Positions 53,062 through 64,000 of a stretch of 64,000 nt of DNA are shown in pieces. The notes beneath the pieces were generated by a model that saw nothing but the letters and a program-made list of their open reading frames with translations, was not told the DNA's origin and ran no database searches. Both the position numbers and the translations under genes were made by a program. Numbering within the stretch: the first letter of the stretch is position 1; the number at the start of each line of letters is the position of its first letter. Origin of the DNA: Camelus ferus (taxonomy: Eukaryota); NCBI RefSeq assembly GCF_009834535.1, contig NC_045698.1:3536001-3600000 (forward strand), given 5' to 3'.

Positions 53062-54376
53062 CTTTTTTTTTTTTAATTTTATTATTTTTTTACTGAAGTG
53101 TAGACAGTTTACAATGTTGAGTCAATTCCTGGTGTACAGCACAATGCTTCAGTCATACGTGAACATACGTATATTGGTTTTCATATTCATTTTCATTATC
53201 GGTTACTACAGGGTATTGAATGCAGTTCCCTGTGCTCTACAGCACCTCCCTGTGTTGTTCATCTATTTCATACATAGTAGTTAGAATCTGCAAATCTCAG
53301 ACTCCCAATGTATCCCTTCCACCCTCTTCCCCTCCTGGTGACCACAGGTTTGTTTCCTATGTCTGTGAGTCTGTTTCTGTTTTGTCAATGAGTTCATTTG
53401 TGTCTTTTTTTTTTTTTTTTTTTTTTTAGATTCCACATATAAGTGATATCATATGGTATTTTTCTTTCTCTTTCTGGCTCACTTCACTTAGAATGATGAT
53501 CTCCATGTCCATCCAGGTTGCTGCAAATGACATTATTTTATTCTTTTTTATGACTGAATAGGCTGTAGTATGTATACACCACAATTTCTTTATCCAGTCA
53601 TCTGTCGACGGACATTTAGGTTATTTCCATGTCTTGGCTGTTGTAAATAGTGATGCTATAAACATTGGGATGCAGGTGTCTTTTTCAATTAGAGTTCCCT
53701 CCAGATGTGTACCCGGGAGAGGGATTGCTGGATCTTACGGTAAGTCTGTTTTTAGTTTTTTGAGGAATCTCCATACTGTTTTCCATAATGGCTGCACCAA
53801 ACTACATACCCACCAGCAGTGTAGGAGGGGTCCCTTTTCTCAACACCCTCTCCAGCATTTATTGTTTATGGACTTTTGAATGTTGGCCATTCTGACCAGC
53901 GTGAGGTGATACTTCATTGGAGTTTTGATTTGCATTTCTCTGATAATTAGCAATATTAAGCATTTTTTCATGTTCTTATTGGCCATTTGTATGTCTTCAC
54001 TGGAGAATTGCTTGTTTAGATCTTTTTCCATTTTTGGATTGGGTTGTTTGTTTTTTGTTATTAAGTTGTATGAGCTGTTTATATACTCTGAAAATTAAGT
54101 CCTTGTCAGTTTCATCTTTTGCAAATGTTTTCTCCCATTCCTTTCCTTTGCCTGTTTTGTTTATGGTCTCCTTTGCTGTGCAAAAGCTTATGAGTTTAAT
54201 TAGGTGCCATTTGTTACTTTTTCCTTTATTCCCATCACCCAGGCAGACTGCCCTGGGAGAACATTGCTGAGATGTGTGTCATATGGTAATTTGCCTGTTC
54301 TCCTCTAGGAGGTTTATCGTGTCTTGTCTTCTGCTTAAGTCTTTAACCATTGAGAGTTTTATTTTGTGTGTGACGC
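53062..54376 (-). mobile_element. 5'-truncated L1 (about 1.3 kb) with decayed ORF2 C-terminus
   Basis: ORF 53840-54031 ([22 protein letters not shown]...[25 protein letters not shown]) is the L1 ORF2p C-terminus; TSD tcacagcc(a/t)ttctt at 53051 and 54377. Confidence 0.93.
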
Positions 54377-56464
54377 TCACAGCCTTTCTTGAAGACCCTC
54401 GAGGCCCCACAGAGGGTTTGGCTGAGCCACGTGCCTGGTGTGCGTGGCCCTCAGGCTGTAGGCCCATGGTTGTTAACGGGTGACATGCATTTACTTGTCG
54501 CCTCAACAAAGTGAATGCATGGAGTGGCCTGAAAGCAGCACACACAACACATGTCATGGGAAGTGAAGCCACAAAGCCGTGAGTGACCTTGTGAGCCTGT
54601 GGTCAGGGCCCCGGAGAGGGGCAGGACCTGAAGGGTGATTTTCTGGGATGTGAGAAGGTCACCAAAAGAGGCATGTGAAGGGGTCACAGTGTTCTAGCCG
54701 TGTTCACGTGTGAGCTGCGAGTCCTGCCACTCTTTTTCTGACGATGGCAGGGGACACACTCCTAGCTCGATGAGCGTGAGATGTGACCTACGGACAGTTC
54801 GAAACAATTGCTTCTTATGGCTGTTTGGTCCCAATTTCCTTTCTCCTTTTCTGCGCTCACATCCTTTGTGTGAGGGGAAGAGAGAAGAGATCCAGCCTCC
54901 TGATCAAGGAGAGAGAACAGTACGTGAATAAAAATTGTGGTGACCATGAGTTTGTCCACTGATGAAATAAATTAAGGGAATATCATTTAAGCACACACAC
55001 ATACCCACCTGGAACTTTAATTTTCACTTAAAATACATAAATGTGCATCCATCTGCTAATTATTTTCATGAGAGTCAAAGCTGATTTTGAGTAGAGATCT
55101 GCCTGTTAAAGATCTAAGTTGATTATCTGCCTAAAATATGCCCAGTTCCTGAGATGTTCAGTTTACTTGTCCCATCCATCTGAGTACAAAAACATCTTAT
55201 GTTTTTAATTTTTCCTCCAAATATTACTTTGGTCTCAGCCACGCCTAAGCTGACCACAGTTCCGTTTCGTGACTGACTTCTACTGAGTCATGCAAAGATT
55301 CAACTTAGTTTTCCTAGAAACAGGCTTCTCATTTTCCACACTCATCTTTCATCGAGAAACACCAGACTTAATTATATTACATGATCCCAGTAACACGTGC
55401 AGCTGTGGATGCGGAAATGAGTGCAGCCTCGGCTGGTTCCCTGTGTGCCCACGTGTCGCCGGGCCACAGCAGGACGATGACAGCCTTGGGCAAGGCTGGC
55501 CCTTCCCCCTACCTCGTTCTGCATGGGGTGGGTGTGGCCCTGGTGTTTTGCCAAGAAAATAGAGATGGCCAAGTGTCTGGCAGGTCAGTTCAGAGTGAGT
55601 AGAGAAGGCTGGAAACGGACCGGCGGCAGGGAGGCTCCCATCCAGGCGGTGTGTCTTGTGTCCAGAGAACAGAACAGACGTAGTGTCCCCGGGACACATG
55701 CTGATCTGGGGAGTACCCCCTGCTCTGTCCTCCTGGGGGCAGGAACTGGAGGAGCCTCCGGTAGGGAGTTACACTGGCCCTGACCAGTGGACACCAATTA
55801 TCTGTCTGGGGGTGGGGGCAGGGGGTCTAATGGGGTCTTTGTAACCTAAATGGTCTCTCCAGCTGTGAGTATGTCCGTTCTCACAGCCTTTCGTGCCCAA
55901 GTGAGATGGACGCTTCCGAAGATCCCCACCCCCCCCACGGAGCCGTCCTTGGATAGGGGTGTCTCCCCGGCCGTCGGGTGGGCTTGCGCGGCAGGGCTGG
56001 AAGGGCGTCGGCCCTGGACGTGTTTGCCGGAGCGCATCAGTGTCAGGCCGGGAGGGCGGGGACGGGAGGGGGCAGCTCGGTCCACGCCAGCTCCTCAGCC
56101 ACTCTGGTCCTGGCAGGTCTTCTTCCGGAAGGAGGCTGAGCCTGCCTGCCTCCCACTCCCGGAAGCTCAGTCGCTGGGGCTGGGGCCCCCTCCAAAGCAC
56201 AGTCTTTAAAATCAGGAGGGCTGTTCTCTTGGGTGGGCTTTACTGATTGGCCGATGACAGGGAGTGAGGGGTTCCTCCTTCGTGCAGAAGAACCTATTCA
56301 CCAGGCTCTCCCCTGATGTTTTATGGGCACATCTGAGTTCTCATAATAGTAAATATATCAACACCAGTACAGCGTGACTACGCAGGAGGGAGCGAGGGCA
56401 GTTACCACCTCCTGGACCCAGAGCCCTGGCCCGCCCCGAGGACCAGGGGTCCTGTCTCCTAGAG

Positions 56465-56665
56465 TGTGTTCCCATCCCTGATGGTCATCTTGGCCACCAG
56501 GCTGTGGAAGGAGGGCTTTGTAAAAATTCAGATTTCTGACCCACAGCCCCAGATTTGTGACTCCTGCAGGATGGAGAAAGGACTGGGAACATGCAGGTGT
56601 TTGAGAACCTCCTCGTCCCCACCAGACCCCCCGCCGCCAAGGCAGCTATGGTTTGGGAAACACTG
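56465..56665. mobile_element. MER5-like relic
   Basis: ggagggctttgtaaaaattcagatttctgaccc...tttgggaaacactg. Confidence 0.5.
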
Positions 56666-59600
56666 TCTCAGCGCCAGGCTGGGTCACAGGGTCCTCTGAG
56701 CCCCTTGGTCTCCTTGGGCACGAGAATCTGGGATGTTAAACTTGTTAAAGTGGAGGAAGGCCCTCCTACTCAGTCCTTCCTCAGTTTCTCTTGCCACCTG
56801 GCTCTGGGGGCTGATTTGCCTGCCTGAGTGGAGTTCCCACCCGGTGTTTCACTCCATAGCAGAGGTGTCTGTGATGCAAAGAGGCGGCTCCATGGTCGGG
56901 TCCTGAATGGATGTGAAAGGAGAGCAAGGGGGTGGCCTTGCCCACTTTGATGGCAGGAGAGATACCCGTTCTTCCCAGGAGGGCGGGGCAGGTTCTGAGG
57001 ACAGCCCTGTGGGTCACCCCTGCCCCAGCCGATCTCACCTCCCGCTCCCTCAGGGACCGCCCTCGTAAGACACCACGGGAAAAGCAGACCAGGTCCGGAG
57101 CCCTTCCCAGCTCGCACACTCAGCCTCTCTTTTCCGATGCTCTGTGAAAGCCGGACAGTGGGGCAGCCTCGCGAAGAGCCAGTCCTCCGCTGTCATTCCG
57201 AATCTGAGGATTCCCACCTCACCTTTGATGAGCTGAGCCTTCTCCTTTGAGTTGATGGGATGCACACACCCTCCGTGGTCCACAGAGAGAAAACCCTCAA
57301 ATGAAGGATTTTGGCTCAAACAAGGGATTATGAAGGCTGTTTAGAGCAGCGTGCCCCTTATAATTCTGTTTCCCATCTTCCCCCACATAAGTGAAGCTCT
57401 GTAAATCTAACTGATTCTTCTCAAAATGACACCTGAGGACAGGATAGTGAGACAGGGAAATCTGGTAGGAAGAGCATGTCGGCTTCTGGATAATAAAAAA
57501 TCTCCTTACCTTTGGCTTCTCATCGTCCACAAACTTGACACCCTCAGTGCCTGCCTCCTTTGTGGGGAGCTTTCGATGTCCTGCAGTTTGGCTTTGTGGG
57601 ATTCAGCAAAGAAATGCTGCATTTAAAGGTGAAAAAATTCAGTCCAGTGCCTGGCTCATGGTAAACCTCTCCTTCCATTCCACGTTGGACGTAAGTCATT
57701 TGACTTCTGAGGCTGAGCAAAGTGAAGTAACCACGGAGCTGTAAGCTTCCAAGAGCCGACGCCTGTTTCAGGTCTTCCGTCTTCTGAGATCTGACCTCTG
57801 TGCTTGCCAACCGGTTGTCAGTAATGGAGGTTCAGTTCTCAGGTGACAACCAAAGCCAGTCCCAGCGTTGCTTCTAGAAGAATGCACCCAGCAGACCTTC
57901 AGAGGGTTCAGGACGCCCCTGCAAACAGCCTGTGGGGCGGGGGATGCGTGCGTGTCCGCGTGTTGCTGTCATGTCTAGTGCACTTACTCCTGAGCTGGAC
58001 GAGGTCTGAGGGCTCCGTGCGCGGCTCCAGAAGGGAGAGCGTGAGGGCCGCGTGCAAGCGGCTTGTCCAACGATACGGCTCCTTCGACACCCTTCACTGA
58101 CACACTTGGTTACCAAGATTGCTGGCCCTTTCAGAGCTGGACTTCCGTCCCGGAGCTTGCCTGGAGGGAGCTGGCACTCCTCTGAGACTGCTGAAACATC
58201 CTTTGACATAAACCAGTAATTCCCGCATCAGCAGACCGAGCAGGCCAGCTGACGGCTGGTGCGTGGGCAGCGGCCAGATGGGTCCAGGAACCCGTTTCTC
58301 TCCTTCCTCATCCTCCCATGTCCTCTGACCTCGGCAGCTGTGCGCAGCTCACAGCCTGCCTGCTCTCTTTAAGTTAACTTGTTAGCTGATTTTTTTTCCC
58401 TGCAGGAAAGTCAGATTTTTCAACTGACACATGTTTATTGTTGGATGTGCGTTGTTACCTTGAAAACATTTCACTTGAGAAGTGTGGTAAATCTCGAATT
58501 ACTCACACATGTGATGGCGCTGCAGTTTCGTATGAAGACAAGGGCTCTCTATCTTCAAAAATCACACAGTGCCCATCGCATCGGTGCGGCAGCGTGAGAG
58601 CCCCCGGACCGCTGAGTTTGGAGCACGTGAGGGTCCATGTTTATAATCACCGAGGACCTTGAAGATCATTTAGGAAAGCAGCAGTGGACGACTGGATTAA
58701 TGAAAACCAACTTGAAAATTGCGGTGGATATGCCAGTGTTTGGACGTGGTGACCGACTGACCCACTGACGCTGTTGCAAGGTCAGCTTTCACTGTGTTTA
58801 GCTCGCATCTCTCTGGAACCAGATCCAGCTGTGGAAACTGCCTGCTTGTGGGTTCGCCTTGTGACCCAGGTTCTGCCCGGCCCTTACTCCGCGGTTTCAC
58901 TGAGTTACGCGCGGCCACTCTGTAGAAGATCAAGTTATTCCTGAAAAGGGAACGGTGTTTAGGGCTTTGTCTTGAAACTTCGAAGAGAATAAACAGAGAA
59001 AGAAACTGAAAGTCAATTCTCAAGTGAAGCTAGCCCTTGATGGCAATTCCCGTGCTCTCTGGGAGATGTCCTGATGTGGCTCAGTGACAGCCCTGGGCTG
59101 GCTGTGGGTGGCGGTCGGCTGTAAGCAGCAGGCTCTGGTCCAGCCCAAGGTGGCCCTGAGTCTGAACAGCAGCGACAGCACCGTGGCTGCCGGCGAAGGG
59201 GGGGTGGCGTGGGGTGTTGCTTCATGACAGCGTGTTTGGCACTAAACCAAGTACCCTCATTGGAAATGTGCATTTTCAAAGGAAACATTAAATAACCAAA
59301 ACCAAACTGTTACAATTTTTCTAATGGGGAGGGGTAAGTCATTTTATGAGAAACCACTAAAAAGTATTGACTATTAGGGATACTGAATACTGAACAGATG
59401 GTGCCAGGAAATCTGGTCTAAACTGCTGAGTGACGGCCATAAACTCCCCGGCCTGTCGGGGCAGCACTGAGAGCTGTGAGGGTGAGCCCTGCCCGGGGGG
59501 AGCCCACAGCCGGAGGAAGCACCGTGGCGGCCGGGTGGCTGAGTCCTCCAGGTCTTTCCTGGGAAACCCGACTGATTTGGCTAATACCAGCCACCTGTTT

Positions 59601-60850
59601 TGTTCTAGTTGGCAGACTTGGGAAAAAACAAAAACAAACAAAAAAAAAAACAGAACAAAGCAGGACAGGTATGGCCGCTGGTTCGCAGAGGAACGCACCT
59701 GGTTCTGCTCACGGGGCCCTCGGACATCCTCACAGAAGCCGGCATGGATTTTGACTCTTTCATGAGCCGAAATCAAGACGTCTCCCCAGGGCTCTGCCCG
59801 TGAAGCAAAACAGACACTTGGCACTTCCAGAAGCCGCGGGAGCCATCTGTGTTCAGGACGATTTCCTAATGATGTGCGTGCGGCTAAGAGGAGGGCAGAG
59901 AATGGACCGGCACAGCTTAAACAGCTGAAGCGGGTAGAGGCAGAGGGCTTAACACGGGAGTGTGAAAAGCCTGGGAGAAGCCAGGACGCCTTCGCAGCCC
60001 CGGTGTGGACAGACCAGTTACCTTGTAGGAGGCCGCAGGGTTGACAGAGCAAATGTGAGAAGTGGGAGGAAACATAAAAACACCAGGAAAGCAACAGGAG
60101 CCTTCAAGTGCAGACTCATCTGCAAAGCCGGTGGCTCAGAGGAGTGTGCGTTATTTACACGGTTTAACGTGAAACTGAAAAAAACACACCACTAATCTTG
60201 TTGACACTGAAAAATGGAGCCTTTCCACGGCTGATGTGGAACAATTCCTACACACCCAGCAGTTTCTGTTGATGTGAGTAAAACTTTGCATTACGGTTGT
60301 TTAATAATTTTCTTAGAAATATGAGAGAGTCTGTTCATGAGGAACGCTTGGTATAAAATAGTTCCAGGCTTCTACAAACGGAGGTAAGTAAACCCACCAG
60401 GGCACAGCTCAGCCTAAAGGCGCCGGGGGCTGGTGCGTCAGGGCTGCCGAGACCCCTGGGGTGGGGTCACTTCCATTCCCGCCCAGGAAGTGTCACCGGG
60501 TTCCCTCTCCTTCCCCCACTGCCTCATTTCTCTCTAGAACTTTCACAAGGGTCCAAAAGCAGGCTCCAGAATGATTTAGGTCACAGATCCCTTTGAGAAC
60601 TCGAGAGAAAGTGCTCGTCATTTTGCTCGGAAATCTTGGAGGCATGACTCACCTGGAACTGGTCCGACTCAGGAGGTGTGTCTCCTAGAGCACGGGACCC
60701 AATCCTCTGTGCCTTTATTTCCTTATTCAGATATTCGTATGCACGTTCTGTACTGTGAAATATCAGACACTGAAAATACGTTCACAAAGTCTTTGCAGCA
60801 TGAGAAAAATGTGTGTTGTAAACGTGGAATTGTAAAAATGCTGAATTTAA

Positions 60851-60978
60851 GGGGGAGTGGTGGGTATAGCTCAGTGGCAGAGTGTGGTGTGTGACTAGCA
60901 TGCACGTGGTCCTGGGTTCAATCCCCAGTACTTCGATTAAAAAAATGAAAAAAATAAAATTAAAAAAAAAAACTAAAA
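60851..60978 (+). mobile_element. tRNA-derived SINE, Vic-1-like (camelid)
   Basis: A box TAGCTCAGTGG, B box GGTTCAATCC, tagcatgcac core, A-rich tail, perfect 17-bp TSD aaaaatgctgaatttaa at 60834-60850 and 60979-60995. Confidence 0.85.
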
Positions 60979-62089
60979 AAAAATGCTGAATTTAAAAGTT
61001 TCATATACTGTCTGCCTTCAGTCATGTTAAAAATATATATTTACACACACACACATGCACACGCACCCCCACATCACACAGAGAAAGCACCCAAATCAGA
61101 GGTGAGGCGTTAATTCCGGATCTTTATCCCTGGGAGGGGTGACGAGCAGCTTCTGCCCCCCTCGTCAGGTCTCTCCCGGTGGAACTTGGCGCATGCACTC
61201 CGGACCTCACAGAACCTCTCCTGTCGGTGCGGCGTCTCCGAGAGGCTCTGGAAAGACCCCCGGCCAAGCTTTCTGGCCGCTGCTTTGGCGCCTCAGCCGG
61301 TGTGTGACTGTCGGGGCATCAAGTCAGGGAAAAGGATGGAGATCACCAAGCCAAAGGGGCACCACTGGGCATCTTCACAGACTCTTAGTTTTATCTCAAT
61401 GATCAGGGGACAATCCTGTTGCATCAGCTCAGACTCAGAGATGCTGTGGAACAGAAGGCAGGGCATTCCCGCCCGGGAACCCGAGCTCCTCACAGACTCG
61501 GCCGGGGGGGGCCTCCTGACAGCTCCCCATGCCCTGCTGTCCCTCCATGTCCCATCACGCCGACAGCTGGACACTGGGCAGTGGGGACCCGTTGCTGGCG
61601 CAGGCTGTGGGGGCGGGGGAGGTCTCTGCACTGTCTGAAGGGGGGAGACCGCTGCTCCACCTTCTCCTTGGGGATGATTTTCCACACCCACAAACGCAGA
61701 GCGCCTTGGGCCTCAAGTTTCCCATAGAATTTTCAGTTTTTGCTTGAATGCCCTGAACAGGGAGACCACACCAATGTGCGTGAAAATCATCACGTTCTCT
61801 TAGAGTCCAAATGGCCGTGTCCTGGAAGGGCCCAAGGCCCTCCAGCCAAAAGGGGCCTCCTTCCGGGACCACGTCTTCCCCTCCCGGCTCTCCCCAACCT
61901 GATGGGCCCTACTCCCCCTGCGCCCTCAGCCCTCCTGTGGGGGAACTTGTGCAGAGCCAGCCGAGGGCTACGCAGACACACTCAGGCTTATCTGAGAGCA
62001 AACGGTGATGTCAGGCTGAACTGGACCTCACCACCACCACCTCCATCACCTGCCCACATGCTGGTCGACAAGGAATGTGTTTATAACCA

Positions 62090-62682
62090 GGGGAAAGAAA
62101 GGTTGCTTTAAGAGACGTTCTCAAGCATCAACAGCTGCTAACAAATTGAAGATAAGGTGACCAGACGTTATGAGCCTCCTACTGGAAGCCATCACTTTCG
62201 AAGTTGTCACAAAAAACAAAAACCTGAATCTGACAAACCCTTTGGGTCCAAACACTAAGTTACAGGAAGTGCAGAGGACAAAGGAGCGTGTTAAGCGACA
62301 GCACAGAGATGTAACTTGTGAAGTCCTGAAATCAGCAAAACAGGCCGTGGAGACGCAGTCAGGGGTTGGTTTTTCTGTGACAAATAAACAGCGGAAGAAT
62401 AAAGACGTTGATGATGCAGTTGGGAGTGGAACATCGGATACTGAACGATAACGGATGATCGTTAAGGTGTTGACGCCATGATGGCATTGTAGTTCTGCTG
62501 AAAAACCACAGAATCTTTATCTCCTAGAGGTGTGTACTGAAATATTAACATGTCTAGAATTTGCTTCAAAATACTGAAGGGATGGGAGGGTCATGAACTG
62601 ATAGTTTTTGAATACAGGTGGATGGGGACTGGGAGGTCCTTTATTTTTGTCTATGTTTGAAATTTTCCCTTTAGGAAAAAGA
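62090..62682 (+). mobile_element. Ancient L1MC/L1ME 3'-end relic
   Basis: ttatctcctagaggtgtgtactgaaatatt...gaatttgcttcaaaata...tttgtctatgtttgaaattttcc; boundaries approximate. Confidence 0.55.
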
Positions 62683-62949
62683 GGGGAGACAGACACACTG
62701 GGTTGAGGGGAGTTATTTCCAATGACAGATGACCCTGAAAGCCAGGGGAGGGGACACATGACAATCAGGAATGCTAATCAGAGGCTTGAGAAGCAGCAGG
62801 GGCCGGGGAGGCCGCTGGGACCCTGGAAATAACTGTAGACAGTAAGTGGGGTATGATGCTGGCCAATGCCCATCGCCCCCAACAGATGTGGCCCTCCGCT
62901 CCGAAGAGGTGGCATTATCCCTCACCAGAGGTCTCTCTGTTCCCCCCAG

Positions 62950-63151
62950 TTGGTCCGTGGGGAACTGGAGTGCCTGCAGCCGGACATGTGGTGGGGGCAC
63001 GCAGAGCCGTCCCGTCCAGTGCACGCGGCGGGCACACTACAAATCGGAGCAGGTCTCGGCCAGCCTGTGTCCTCAGCCCGTGCCCTCCAGCCGCCAGGCC
63101 TGCCACACTCAGAGCTGCCCACCCGCGTGGAGCACTGGGCCCTGGGCCGAG
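62950..63151 (+). CDS. ADAMTS16: Coding exon (~exon 19): TSR
   Basis: gttccccccag|T...GAG|gtaacc; 202 nt; WSVGNWSACSRTCGGGTQSRPVQCTRRAHYKSEQVSASLCPQPVPSSRQACHTQSCPPAWSTGPWAE. Confidence 0.96.
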
Positions 63152-63284
63152 GTAACCGGGGCAGGGCTGGCGTGGGGGTGGGAGCCGGGCTCCCCCTGCG
63201 GATTCGCACTGGGCCTTGTGGGGCCCGTGGCCTGGGACCCCGAGCCCGATCTGATGCACGCCTGGCTGATCTCTCCCTGCGCAG

Positions 63285-63479
63285 TGCTCACGAACCTGCG
63301 GGAAGGGGTGGAGGAAGAGGTCCGTGGCCTGTAAGAGCACCAGCGCCTCGGCCAGGGCGCAGCTGCTGCCCGACGCCGTCTGCGCCTCGGAGCCCAAGCC
63401 CAGGATGCACGAGGCCTGTCTGCTCAGGCGCTGCCACAAGCACAAGAAGCTGCAGTGGCTTGTGTCCGCCTGGTCCCAG
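63285..63479 (+). CDS. ADAMTS16: Coding exon (~exon 20): TSR
   Basis: ccctgcgcag|TGC...CAG|gtgagt; 195 nt; CSRTCGKGWRKRSVACKSTSASARAQLLPDAVCASEPKPRMHEACLLRRCHKHKKLQWLVSAWSQ. Confidence 0.96.
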
Positions 63480-63602
63480 GTGAGTGCACTGGCCCCTGGT
63501 AGGGTGACTGGTCCCAGGTTGGTGCACTGGCCCCAGGTAGGGTGACTGGTCCCAGGTGGGTGCACTGGTCCCAGGTGGGTGCACTGGTCCCAGGTAGGTG
63601 CT
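63470..63602 (+). repeat. 19-bp minisatellite, 7 copies, first copy spanning the exon ~20 donor
   Basis: Units start at 63470, 63489, 63508, 63527, 63546, 63565, 63584; consensus CTGGTCCCAGGTRGGTGCA. Confidence 0.93.
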
Positions 63603-63778
63603 CTGATTGGGACTGTCATTAAAAGCCGTCTTTCTATGTGTATCCCCGGAGCTGAATCCTTAGGAAGGAAGCAACCTGGGCTGCGTAGCATCTGGGAGGT
63701 GCCCAGATAGAAAGTCCTTGCCCTGAGTATTTAACACATTCGGACACACACACGCACACATGCGCACACGCACACACC

Positions 63779-63810
63779 TCAGTGCTTCTCTCTATCAGTG
63801 CTTCTCTCTA
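63779..63810 (+). repeat. Perfect 16-bp tandem duplication
   Basis: tcagtgcttctctcta twice. Confidence 0.85.
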
Positions 63811-63948
63811 GCTGCAGCCCCAGCCCGAGAGCCGTCCACAGGGCACACCCGAAGCCAAATCTGAGCATGCGTGTGAGGCCAGTCCTGGGCAGGTGTTGCC
63901 CCCAGCAACCTGAAGACATCTCAGCCCAAGGCAGCCAGGCCGGGCCCC

Positions 63949-63991
63949 GGGACCTTCCTGGGACCTTCCTGGGACCTTCCCCAGGACCTCC
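63949..63991 (+). repeat. 11-bp tandem repeat, 3-4 copies
   Basis: gggaccttcct twice, gggaccttccc, then a degenerate aggacctcc. Confidence 0.8.
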
Positions 63992-64000
63992 GAGCCCGCC

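Larger units (their letters stand above)
1..64000 (+). other. ADAMTS16: Internal part of ADAMTS16 (secreted metalloprotease with thrombospondin repeats); gene extends beyond both window ends
   Basis: Eight exons with canonical AG/GT boundaries and compatible phases (2-1,1-0,0-1,1-0,0-1,1-2,2-0,0-0) join to 1336 nt without a stop. The peptide matches my recollection of human ADAMTS16 (DQDLCKLYCIAEGFDFFFSLSNKVKDGTPCSEDSRN; YYLNGHWTVDWPGRYKFSGTTFDY; ARAQLLPDAVC.SEPKPRMHEACLL). Confidence 0.96.

Noticed and set aside
53840..54031. Independent gene or active retrotransposon
   Set aside because: Fragment of L1 ORF2 in a 5'-truncated, disrupted copy.
59357..60094. 245-aa antisense ORF
   Set aside because: No recognisable homology, and it runs through a simple A-rich tract; likely chance.
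60851..60935. tRNA gene
   Set aside because: A-rich tail, TSD and no proper cloverleaf indicate a tRNA-derived SINE.
7457..62949. Apparent missing exon or frameshift between CSVSCGG and WSVGNW, suggesting a pseudogene
   Set aside because: The bridging exon is present at 26796-26922 and restores phase.
62921..62949. In-frame alternative acceptor 21 nt upstream (CAG ending 62928) adding seven residues
   Set aside because: The AG lies only a few nt after the likely branch point (CTCAC) and has a weaker pyrimidine tract; no supporting evidence.
63470..63602. CRISPR-like array
   Set aside because: Contiguous 19-bp units without unique spacers, no cas genes, mammalian context.
62915..63691. 258-aa antisense ORF and other frames overlapping exons 19-20
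   Set aside because: Shadow ORFs of GC-rich coding exons plus the minisatellite.

Overview
Mammalian genomic DNA, most likely camelid (camel, alpaca or llama), judged from a Vic-1-type tRNA-derived SINE and cetartiodactyl-type L1 3' ends. The whole window lies inside one + strand gene, ADAMTS16. Eight coding exons were assembled by hand: 171-343, 2257-2387, 4319-4442, 5276-5520, 7318-7456, 26796-26922, 62950-63151 and 63285-63479 (about human exons 13-20, numbering from memory). All have GT-AG boundaries and join into one open 1336-nt frame encoding the end of TSR1, the Cys-rich domain, the spacer and the C-terminal TSRs. Three of these exons are absent from the ORF track. The rest is intron, including a 19-kb and a 36-kb intron, with L1/L2/MIR/LTR/DNA-transposon relics named from memory of consensus sequences. 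I found no prokaryotic-type or wholly new gene system. The most unusual item is a 7x19-bp minisatellite built from the last exon's own 5' splice site. It makes a ladder of donor-like sites, contains an in-frame stop and ends just before an ATTAAA, so it may control short versus long isoform choice. Other leads: an orphan CpG patch with a TATA box, a KRFR variant of the TGF-beta-activation motif, a GC-shifted isolated exon, recursive-splice-like motifs and a twin-primed micro-L1.
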